Assembly (NCBI RefSeq): GCF_006345805.1
Contig: NC_042999.1
Span: 138,880,001 to 138,944,000 of the forward strand
DNA length: 64,000 bases
Direction: 5' to 3'
Source: Octopus sinensis
Lineage: Eukaryota
The position numbers and the translations under genes are program-made. Within the stretch, counting starts at the first letter, position 1. Every line of letters starts with the position of its first letter. The notes under the pieces were generated by a model. That model was given only the letters and a program-made list of their open reading frames with translations, searched no databases and was not told the origin of the DNA. Shown here piece after piece: positions 12,089 through 22,959 of the stretch.

Positions 12089-12303
12089 ATCAGAGTAAGC
12101 ACATAAATGCGAAACAAGGTGGAAATAATAGTACTCGAATACCAGAGGTAGAGTAATATGCTTTATAAAAAAAGCAGCAAAAATATCACAAAAACTGTTA
12201 CTCAGAATTTCACGTTCTCGTTCGTCGGACAGTTTTCAAACGGGAACGTGAAACTATGAATAACAGTTTTTGTGAAATTTGTGTTGCCTTTTAAATAAAG
12301 TAT
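12089..12303. mobile_element. PLE-like terminal-repeat cassette with inverted arms (minus copy 12089-12236, truncated plus copy 12238-12303)
   Basis: tcacaaaaactgttactcagaatttcacgttctcgtt is the reverse complement of aacgggaacgtgaaactatgaataacagtttttgtga with a few mismatches. Confidence 0.65.
12191..12235 (-). ncRNA. Type-I hammerhead-like motif with variant core CCGACGA
   Basis: AAAACUGU-CCGACGA-ACG agaa CGU-GAAA-UUC u GAG-UA-ACAGUUUU: 8-bp stem I, 3-bp stem II, short stem III, UA cleavage site. Confidence 0.65.
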
Positions 12304-12529
12304 ATATATATACACCGATAGTCACCTTCCTTTTGACGAAAAAAGCCGGAACTATGGTAATATCTGTGCAACTGTTTACTGTTTACATACCCAAGACTTT
12401 TTACACATTCCATCTGCAAACTATGAGCATTATGATTACTAGGTAAACCCGAGCTTTCTGAAACAGCTGTCTTGTTAAGAAATTATGTATTCTCTTCTTA
12501 GCATTATGCACTCTTCATCATCTATCTAA

Positions 12530-12806
12530 ATACACACACACACACACGTATATATATGTATGCACACACACACACATATATATACATATATATATGTATA
12601 TGTGTGTGTGTTTATATATATATATGTATACATATATGTATGTATATATATATAAATATATGTATGTATATAGATATATATATACATGTATATATATATA
12701 TACGTATGTATGTATATATATATAAATATATGTATGTATATAGATATATATATACATGTATATATATATATACGTATGTATGTATATATATATATATATA
12801 TACATG
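12530..12806. repeat. TA/TG/CA compound microsatellite with a 70-bp higher-order duplication
   Basis: taaatatatgtatgtatatagat... at 12653 and 12723. Confidence 0.9.
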
Positions 12807-13190
12807 TCTACCCTAATTGTGTTTATATGCAATACTACCCCTGTCTCTCCTTGAACATACATATATCCTACTATTCGTCTGTGTTGACAACATGGTTGAG
12901 TTCCACTTTTAACTGTTTCTTCAAATTTTTCTCATCTTTTCCAATGAATTTCTTACCGTTTGTTTGGAACAGTAACTTACAAAATTCAACACTTTTGCTT
13001 GTGATTATTGTATCATATCAGTTTTTAAAATTTAGCATTGTGCAGTGCTATGAGCTAATAATACACTTGTGATATTGGATGGTCATCCTGCAGTCACAAG
13101 TACGTGCAACTAAAATACACTATTCCTGATCAATTTTACAGTATTTTCACAAAAATAGACGCTGAAAGATGTATACAATCAATAGTGATA

Positions 13191-13194
<4 letters not shown>

Positions 13195-13280
<86 letters not shown>

Positions 13281-13281
13281 G
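13195..13281. repeat. (GA)n microsatellite
   Basis: Direct reading. Confidence 0.95.
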
Positions 13282-13625
13282 GGAAAGCAGAGAAAAACTG
13301 CTTTTTTTCAATTTCCGGTTTCATTTTCTACCCAAGCAACACGGAGGTGGGACAAGGAGGGGGAGATAGGAAAGAAGTGTGGTAAGAGAGATTGAAACGG
13401 AGAGAATAGAGAAAAGAGATAGAAAGGGAGAGAGAGAGATAGATAGAGAGACAGAGAGAGAGAAAAATATGTCAGTAAACGAAGATACACATTTGTACAT
13501 ACACAGGCACGTGCGCACGAATGTATACAGACACGCATATATATATATATGCGTGTATATATCACCCCCGCCTTGAAGGACTTCGAGTCGAATGAATCAA
13601 CCATAGTACTTAATGTTTTTAAAAG

Positions 13626-13850
13626 TTTGGTACTTATTCTATCAGTTTTGCCGAACCGCTCAATTACAGGGACGTAAACACACCAACACCGATCGTCCGG
13701 TTGTCAAGCTGTAGTGTGGGATACACACACACACACGACGCGCTGCTTTCAGTTTCCGTAGCCAGAGGCTATATTAGAAGATACTTGCCCAAGGTGGCAC
13801 GGAGTGGCACTGAATCCGGAACCATGTGGTTGGGAAGCAAGCTTCTTATC
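13626..13850 (-). mobile_element. SINE family A, degenerate and internally deleted
   Basis: cttgcccaaggtggcac, ggaaccatgtggttggg. Confidence 0.75.
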
Positions 13851-15029
13851 AAACACAAACATATATATATATATGTACACCCTCACATTTACAAGTGTCT
13901 ACGCTACGTTACAATGAAATATTTTAATAGCAATGAAATATATAAAAGCGAAAACTACTAATTGTCACAATGCATCTAAAATATTTAAAGAAATATACTG
14001 AAACGTAGCAAAAATTCTTTCAGAGATATACACTTGATGATGGTGGAACTTTTATTAAAACAAACTTTGAATATTTACTTAAAAGAAAATGTCAAGACTT
14101 AATGATTATAGGAAGATAATGTCTTGAATATCACATGAAAGAAGCCTTATAAATTATACCAGCTTGTTAGGGCTCTAAAACGATTGTCACTTGTATAAGA
14201 TACGCAACACATATAACAAGTTCATTGGCCTTTGGATTAAAAAATTATTGGATCATGTACAGCTATCGAAAGATTGCTACTTTATGGCATTTTGAATTCA
14301 GTAGGATTCACCTATCCTGCTATGAAATCCATTTGTCGATTAGAGAATAAAGTTATCTAAGGGATTTTAAGAAAGGAGATGGAAATGGCCGAAGGAAGCT
14401 GGACTTGATATAAACCTGAGAGGTGTTTTTTATTCCTTTAAACTGGGAAGGAATTTAAGAAGAGTGTAGTCTGGAAAAAATTTACTTAATTTCAGAGAAA
14501 AATTACTTGGGACTAGAAACTAAAAATCTGATAAGTAGGAGAGAAGATGAGTCTGCGAAAGACTGGCGGAACTGAGCGGAGAAAGCCGGACTAGTTAAAA
14601 ATGTGAACGATCGCCTGCTTAAAGAGGTTTTTTTTCTTCTTTCATTTAATTTCTCTTTTTTGTGTGGATGGTGGGTGGTGGGTGGGTGATAATTGGAAGG
14701 GAATTTAACAGGACGGATAAACTAGAAAATCTATTTACTTTCAAATATAAATTACGTGGGTTAGAAGTAAAAAAAAACTGATAATTAGAAGCAAAAACAT
14801 ATTTGTCGATTTGAGGAAAAAGTATAAATCGTATTGAAAGAAAGGGCAAAGTTAACTGAAGAAAGCTAGGAGTGAATTTAATGGGATAGACATACAGAAG
14901 AGAGTACGAACGAAATCTTAAGAAAAAATACATTCAAATAAAGATTGAGGTAGAAAATGAAAAAGAAAATAATTAGGAGAGAAAAATTCTGCCTTGAACT
15001 GATCTGTGGAAGGCCAAGTTTTCTGACAT

Positions 15030-15750
15030 AACAAACAGATGATCAAATACGTTCCAATTGTGTGTTTTTCAATCATAGTGTCCCTAGAATTGTATTATTC
15101 ATAGTATTTCTCCATGTTTCGTGTTATTGATGTTAACACCCGACTATTGTTAAACCTGCACAAGGAATTTTCACATCAACATTGATGAAAACTGCTTTTA
15201 CTAACGAATAAGTAAAAAAAAAAAAGCAATAAAAAAACCCCCAGAAAGGATGGTTGGCAGAGTCTAAACAGCCTTTAATTGTTACATTATATTCTTCGAC
15301 AACATTTACTAGTCCCGGCCCCAATTCCAAAATCCTGTCATGAATGAAATCTGCGTATGTGAATCCAATACCACCAGGAGAGTTGGAAAAGAGCCTCTTT
15401 GAAATTATTCCTTCACTGATGACCAAGGATGACCCAGAGAAATTACATAACTCTAGGCAATAGGACATCAAGCAGAAAGAAGGTCACGAGTAGTTAGATT
15501 CTTAGAAGGCTTCAAAGTGACAACACAGTAGTTTGTTTTGCCCTTACAAGCGGGATATTAACTTTCACTTTGAAGGATAAACTTTTGCAATGCATGGGTA
15601 GGAAATAGTCACGAAATACCTGATCCAAAAAGATATACAGAGTTAAACCATCTTGATGCAATAACCGATGCAAGCTCTTTGAAATTGAAGACGTCACCTA
15701 CATCATAAATAACTACTCAAAAATGTTGTAGTGAGGATATTATATAATGA
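15030..15750 (+). pseudogene. Possible decayed piggyBac-type (DDE_Tnp_1_7) transposase relic
   Basis: Broken frames give KQMIKY (cf. DExMIxY), CYIIFFDN-FTS (cf. YFDNFFTS), RLQSDNTVVCFA (cf. RWxDNxxV) and IINNYSKM (cf. YNxxMGGVD) in the correct order. Confidence 0.35.
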
Positions 15751-16111
15751 AATCTGTAGAAAGCTCGAAGAGAAAAAATAGAAGCTAGAGAGATGTAGAA
15801 AGTACAATCACAAATAATTTGAATTGACGGATTGTTTCCGTCAAAAAATTTCTATAAAATGCAAGTATTATTGACACGACATTAGAAACCGGGACAGAGA
15901 AAAGGAACGATGCACCGTAGATAAAATTAGTTGCCCGGCAGATGCCAAAATAATGTTAAAAAGTTAGGGAAAACACCTACGCCAAACTGATGAGAAATCT
16001 ACAGTTATTTCATCCGAACTATAGTTTAAAATTCTTTCAAAGATTATCGAAACAGTAACTAACTACCTCAGTTAATTACCTCAGAATCTGGGGTCTACAA
16101 AACCCAAAAGG

Positions 16112-16112
<1 letters not shown>

Positions 16113-16166
<54 letters not shown>

Positions 16167-17026
16167 AAGATAAGAATGTGTATGTGTGCTTGTCTGACTG
16201 TCTGTGTGAATTCCTAAAACTCGAGAACTACACAACCAATTTCATTCAAATTTTACACAGGCCTTACTTAGAGTCCATGCAGTGTCATGCACCCCCAATT
16301 TATAGATTGCAAATTTATTCTGTTCAGTTATCTATCCGCATATTGATCATTGGCAAACTCCAGAGGTGACCCTTTCATTTCCCCTTAGCCCTCACGTCAC
16401 ACAGTTGTTAATGTTTATTTGAGTTGGGTCACGCCCTTCCAATTGCTATAGATCCGTGATGCATCTTACGGCTGTGCCGGTCACCTGTATAGTGAGGAAT
16501 CCTACATTGGAAAGTGGTAACAACTAGGGTAGGGTAGCTGATAGCTTATTGTGATCATTCGTCTTTTGGTTTCCTGTAGCTTTGTTCTCTTTAACAAACC
16601 CAGTGAACATTCATGTATTTCCGATTTAAAACAAAATTTGAACAATTGATAAAAGACATAAGTTAAAAAAGATTCCCAACAATTCAGCTTCTCTGGTTGA
16701 CTTTCAAACCCCCCAATAGGGGCCTTAACTCCCACATTTTAGAGCTCCATGAGCTCCATTTTTCAGGAGCAAAAGCCTTTGAATAGGTTTTATAAGATTT
16801 AGATTTTGTAATTTGGGCATAAAGATGAGTAGTGTGGGATAAATGTGTCATGATTAGAATTTTTGTTTGGGTGTGTAAAGAGGGAAAGAACCCTCATTAA
16901 AATTCTTAATCTCCAATTTTGATGAAATTCGAATCATAGGTATTCCAGTTTATTATAGAAAATATAAAAGAAAAGTCTAATTTTTCAATTCCATGCGACA
17001 CGGGCAACGCCTGGTATCTCTGCTAG
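16113..17026 (+). mobile_element. Non-autonomous Helitron-like element
   Basis: 5' (TA)n-aaagataag...aactacacaaccaatttcattcaaatttt; 3' hairpin CGGGC-aac-GCCTG (17001-17013) then CTAG|T (17023-17027), the canonical Helitron end. Confidence 0.7.
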
Positions 17027-17144
17027 TAACCTATAAAAGGTACTGTCAAAATATGCAAAGACTCATGAAGTTCTGTATGTAACAAGATCAACATATACAA
17101 TACCATTCCATAACATGAGTACATTAATACGCTCAGGCATACAT

Positions 17145-17186
17145 GTACATGCATGCATACATACACACCTATACATGTACGTATAC

Positions 17187-17217
<31 letters not shown>

Positions 17218-17282
17218 TCTATCTATCTGTCAGTCAGTCTGTCTACCTGCCTGTCTGCCTGTCTATCTGTCTGCCTGCCCGC

Positions 17283-17370
<88 letters not shown>
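17145..17370. repeat. (ATGT)n/(GTCT)n/(ATCT)n compound microsatellite
   Basis: Direct reading. Confidence 0.95.
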
Positions 17371-17635
17371 TCATACACCAACAAACATATCAAAGTCACC
17401 TATTTCTCCATAGCTTGAAAACATGACGTACAGCCTTAATAAGTTTTCGACCCTTATCAGGGTGTGAACAGAGGGCGTTATACAAGACTACCTTGTTTAA
17501 AGTTTAATTTTCATTGAAAGTTTCTTGTTTGTAGACTAGAAACCAACTCTTACTCCTTTGGTGAGAAATTCAAAAAATAATATCAGTGGTTTAGCATGCT
17601 TAAAAAAACCTATAACGGTATAAAATCTCAATTAG

Positions 17636-17771
17636 TAATTAAGGATACCAGCAAGTAGTACCAGCATGCTGACATAGCTGTCAAAACTGACCAAACCACA
17701 AGTTATCACTGAACACAAAGGTGAAATCAATATGTCAGCATGCTTGTACTGTTTGCTAGTACCCTTAATTA
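17636..17771. repeat. Inverted repeat / small foldback element (41-bp arms, 54-nt loop)
   Basis: taattaaggataccagcaagtagtaccagcatgctgacata versus the reverse complement of tatgtcagcatgcttgtactgtttgctagtacccttaatta. Confidence 0.8.
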
Positions 17772-17796
17772 TTAATAGATACATTTATTTATATCA

Positions 17797-17865
17797 GATG
17801 GCCAAGTGGATAAGAGGGTATTGAACTGTATGCCGAAAAGTCATCAGTTCAAATCCATTGGTAGT
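17797..17865 (+). mobile_element. Degenerate tRNA-derived SINE head
   Basis: A box tggccaagtgg and B box agttcaaatcc, no intact cloverleaf. Confidence 0.45.
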
Positions 17866-18045
17866 GTTTATGTTTCTATAGAGACTTAATTTGCAAAATT
17901 ATAAAGTCAAGCAAGAATGTTACCTCATATGTGGATGAGGTAACATGTGTTCAATTCTAGGGGAACATATTTCTCTCATACACTGTACGACATAAAAAAC
18001 CGCAACTAAGGTAGAAGCCATCAAGGGAAACTGTAAGCTAAGAGA

Positions 18046-18453
18046 TACTCTTTTACTCTTTACTCTTTTACTTGTTTCAGTCATGTGACTGTGACCATGC
18101 TGGAGCACCGCCTTTAGTCGAGCAAATCGACCCCAGGACTTATTCTTTGTAAGCCTAGTACTTATTCTATCGGTTTCTTTTGCCGAACCGCTAAGTTACG
18201 GAGACACAAACACACCAGCATCGGTTATCAAGCGATGTTGGGGTGGACAAACACAGACACACAAACATATACACACACATAGATATAAACAACGGGCTTC
18301 TTTAAGTTTCCGTCTACTACATTCACTCACAAGGCTTTGGTCGGCCCGAGGCTATAGTAGAAGACACTTGCCCAAGGTGCCACGCAGTGGGACTGAATCC
18401 GGAACCATGTGGTTGGTAAGCAAGCTACTTACCACGCAGCCACTCCTACGCCT
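18046..18453 (-). mobile_element. SINE family A, full length
   Basis: Complete head (ccactcctacgcct) to tail. Confidence 0.92.
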
Positions 18454-18473
18454 GTGTATTATTCATGTTGATT

Positions 18474-18688
18474 AAGGCGGCGAGCTGGCAGAATCGTTAG
18501 CACTCCGGGCAAAATGCTTAGAGATATTTCGCCCATATCTACGTTCTGAGTTCAAATTCTACCGAGGTCGACTTTGCCTCTCATCCTTTCGGGGTCGATG
18601 AAATAAGCACCAGTTACGCACTGGGATCGACTTAATCGATTTATCTCCTCCCTTCTAAATTTCAGGCCTTGTGCCTATAGTAGAAAGG
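18474..18688 (+). mobile_element. SINE family B, full length
   Basis: aaggcggcgagctggcagaatcg ... ttcaggccttgtgcctatagtagaaagg. Confidence 0.9.
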
Positions 18689-19177
18689 AACATTCATGTA
18701 GATTGAGGGTAGTCATATTCTAAAAAGTACATGAAATGAAACACTAACAATAAAATTGAACTCGAAATACATCCATCCAGCAATTTTAACTCTAATGTGG
18801 AAGTAATGAAAGTTATGTAAATATATCTGTATCAGAAACCACACATTGGTTTCTTTCCTAATTCCATTTTTAGACATTTCCGTTCACTCAGATCGTCTAT
18901 GATCTTGAGAAAGTCACAGATGTTCCAAATCAGAGTTCGGCCTACGATATTGCTTCATGCCTACACGGAGAAACTGACAGGAAAATTATCTTTCAATATT
19001 CTTTTTGAGATGTAGGATAGCAAACAACGTATGTATGTATGTATGTATGTATGTATGTATGTATGTATGTATGTATGTATACAAATACATATAATTAAGA
19101 ACTAATAGTTGTACAATACCTATACATTTTTTCAACGGTATTCATTTATATAATTTTTTATTTTGATACGCGAAGCT

Positions 19178-19382
19178 AGGCGCAGGCATGGCTGGGTGGT
19201 AAGAAGCTTGCTTCCCATCCAAATGGTCCCGAGTTCAGTTCAGCCGCATGGTCCAGTTCAATTCAGTCGCATGGTCCCAGTTCAGTTCCTTGGGCAAGTG
19301 TCTTCTATAGCCTCTGGCCAACCAAAGCCTTGTGAGTGGATTTGGTAGACGGAAACTGAAAGAAGCCTATCGTATATATGTT

Positions 19383-19479
<97 letters not shown>

Positions 19480-19692
19480 AGTCTTTGTATCTGTGCTTGT
19501 CCCACCTCATCACCGCTTGAAAACCGGTGTTGGTGTGTTTATGTCCCTGTAACTTAGCAGTTCAGCCAAAGTGACTGATAGAATGAATACTAGGCTTTAA
19601 AAAATAAGTCCTGGTGTCAATTTGTTCGACTAAACCCCTTCAAGGCGGTGCTCCAGCATGGCCGCAATCAAATGACTGAAACAAGTAAAAGT
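19178..19692 (+). mobile_element. SINE family A with a triplicated B-box segment
   Basis: Full length; atggtcc..agttcagttc occurs three times in 19223-19289. Confidence 0.9.
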
Positions 19693-19701
19693 ATATATAT
19701 A

Positions 19702-19830
19702 TTCTTTTCTACTCTAGGCACAAGGCTTGAAATTTTTTGGGTGGGGGCCAGTCGATTAGATCAACCCCATTACGCAACTGGTACTTAATTTATCGATCCC
19801 GAAGGAATTAAAGGCAAAGTCAACCTTATC
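19702..19830 (-). mobile_element. SINE family B, 3' part
   Basis: ggcacaaggc...actggtacttaatttatcgatcccgaagg. Confidence 0.8.
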
Positions 19831-20078
19831 GTTATAATTATATGTATATACACACGTGTGTGCATGCGTGTGTGTGTTATTTTTATGTATGTATGTATGT
19901 ATGTATGTATGTGTTATTTAAAAACAACAGTTTGATTGGGTTTGAAGGTTCGCCAGATGAGCACACGATACTTTAAGTTACATGGGGCTCAATTAAGCTG
20001 TTTTTAAATAATAATATAGCTCCTACCAAATGTTCTGAGCGCCTCCTTTCTGTTGACTACTCACTCGTATAAATGTAT

Positions 20079-20127
<49 letters not shown>

Positions 20128-20481
20128 ACAGATGTTCTGTTCTATACACAATTGTGTTCTAGTTATTATGTCTTTTTCCATGTTTTTCTATAAAATCCCT
20201 GCAATTTGTTTCACGTAATAAAGTTTCTAAATTCACCATCATCGTTTCTGAAGTCTTATCTTGTAAAGAAGAAGTTACGTTAAAGCATGTTGGTGCCTAT
20301 TTCTTGTAGGCAGGGCTAATATTGGTGAAAGCGAGCGTTATTACAAAAATTTCAAATTTTTGACTTTTATATCTATTCGTCATCTGTAAGGTGTTTATTT
20401 TTGTTTAAAGCAATGAAGAAAAAAATTGATAAAAACATGACACTACGTGGATACAATGCATGCCTAAAAGAACTGTTGATC

Positions 20482-20529
<48 letters not shown>

Positions 20530-20530
<1 letters not shown>

Positions 20531-20682
20531 GAAGAATTCACAAAGAAACAAAAGACGAAGACAGGTGGTGTAGACAACAAACAGATGTATTAGTATAACG
20601 GTCGGGAAGTGAAAAAGTCTTTAACATTTTGAGCTTACGCTCTTCCACAGAAAGGAACACAAAGAAACAAGGAGAGAAAATT
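20530..20682 (-). mobile_element. PLE-like terminal-repeat fragment (family HH-1) in (TA)n, with a decayed hammerhead at 20619-20654
   Basis: Reverse complement CUUU-CUGUGGA-A-GAGC gtaa GCUC-AAAAU-GUU-AAAG; the CGAAACG to CAAAATG change fits CpG decay. Confidence 0.65.
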
Positions 20683-21919
20683 ATATATATATATATATAT
20701 ATATCTATATATATATATATACAGATATAAACATACTTATTGACACACGCGTATGCATATGTGTTTTTGTATTTCTGTATTTACAGATATTTTTCTGTAC
20801 CTGTAGATATTGTTCGAGTGTGTTTGTGTATTGATGTAATTTCCCTTCTAACAGATACATCGTCTGGCTTGAAACGTCAAGTAACTAATTAAATGCGTCA
20901 AACGTGAGATAAATAAACGTTAATTTCTCACATTAGCATAAGGCCATGTATTTGTAGAGAAGTTTACAAAGTTATTCAGAGAAAACGACCATGACTTTTC
21001 TCGACTGCAACTATGATGTTGGTGATTGACGTGAGCCTAAAAACCGCCGATTTATGTCTGCAGGAAAAATGCGAGCAGAAAGACAATTTGGACAGAATAA
21101 TTGAATGCAACATAACCCCCATAGAGATACCAAAAGACTAGGTACCACTGTAAAACTGGGTGACTCAATTTGACAGCAGTAGGTCAGTGCTACAAATTGC
21201 ATTAGACCCAGACGAATGAAGGTCCAAGTTAACGGGAGGTAACTGATTGCTGCAAATCTTGTTCTCAACTTTTCTGCCATTCTACAACATATTTATTCCT
21301 CGCGCTATAGGCTTCGAATTGAAAACGTACATATATTCATGCGAGCGCAGAGTGAGTTTACACTTATGCACAGTATAGAGAAAATAGCACTATAATGGTT
21401 CCGTGTTTACACAGTCATTTATTCTGGCATATCACTCAGAAACGTATTTGCATGCAGTTTATTCATTCAACTTCACGATAGTATAATAATTTCGGGTTTT
21501 TCCGTTGGTGTCACAGATTTAAAAATTTCAAAATTAAACAAAAGTTTTCAAGTTTGGTTTACTGATATAAGTTTTCACGCTGAATCCGATTTTATTACTT
21601 ATTTGTTCCATAGATTTGTTTAGATTTTGCTTAGGACTTTGCATGTTGCAGGGGTTTAAAGTTTGATAATTTTTATCCAATCAGAAAACAGGATTTCTGT
21701 CTACCACAGAACAAAAGCAAAAACATTACGACGACGAATTTTTATCAAACAAAATTAATGAAAAAAATTATGGTGACGTTCGTTGTTAGCAGCTTTGAAG
21801 TTTTAATAAGCTTTAATGAATAAAGTTATGCAAAACGATCGAACAGGAAGGTTATTTATAAAGGGAAAAATCCTCAATGAAAGTGTTTTCGAAAAATCAC
21901 AAAATGACAGCAGAGGTGA

Positions 21920-22045
21920 ATGTTAGGGTTAAGGTTGGAGTTAAGAGTCAGGGCTTAGGGTTAGGGTTTAAGGTTAAAATTTAAGGCTAGATTGAGAGCT
22001 AGAGTTTAGGGTTAGCGTTTAGTGTTAGTGTTTAGGGTTAGGGTT
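21920..22045 (+). repeat. Degenerate interstitial (TTAGGG)-like repeat
   Basis: ttagggttaagg, cttagggttagggttt, tttagggttagcg, tttagggttagggtt. Confidence 0.6.
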
Positions 22046-22922
22046 TGATGTGTCGTCAAAAAATTACGTAGGCTAAAAGAATGTATATGTGGTGGTGAGT
22101 CTCTCTTCACACAATTTCCTCTTGAAAGTAAGAAACCGCATTCACCTCGGTTTTCATTTTCTACATCGTATTCGGAACGCTAAACGAGTTGGTAGTGCTA
22201 TACTTATATTTAGGTTGGAAAGGTTCAAAAAACATACAGTTAAAAATTATGAAAATGAGGTAATATCCGTTTCTCAAAACACAAAAGTGAAAATGAAGAA
22301 AACGAGGTAACATAAAAAAAATGCACAGGTAAAGAAAATACACGTGGTGGTGTTTTAAGCAGATTACAGCTTCGCTTGCTTATATGGAAACAGGCACCAA
22401 TGTATCTGGCTTTCGACTGGTTAAAATTATCCCAAATTTGCAAACTTTAAAAGCTATTAACTTTTTATTTATTAATTTATGGCAAAAATGTATTTCATTT
22501 TACTAATTAGCATACAAAAATAAATCAGTACACCAAATTTGAAAACCGTTGGGATAAAATTAAAAGAAGAAAGAAAAATGTGACAGTAATAGAAAAGATC
22601 CATAATTTCTCTCAGGTGACAGAGTTTCGTTGTTTCTGTACTCAAATGACAAAACATTTAAACAGTCAGAAAAAGGCTTGAGGTTCTTCAATGTTTGACT
22701 CGCTGCAAACAGCAGCATCCCATGAATGACAAAACAAGACATTTTACAACCGGTACGGATTAAACTTAGTCCCATTCATTCACATGAAATAGTCTTTCGT
22801 CGACGAAAAATGATTTAGACAACTCTGAAGAAATGAAGGCGATTGGAAGAAAGAGGAAAACGGCTGTTCAGATTTGTAGATAAACATATCAGCTGTACAC
22901 ACACACACACACACACACACAC

Positions 22923-22959
<37 letters not shown>

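Noticed and set aside
15133-15471. Minus-strand ORF (..SPGGIG..DRILELG..) as the second PDZ exon
   Set aside because: Lacks the GL..GD motif and convincing splice sites; the opposite strand better fits a transposase relic
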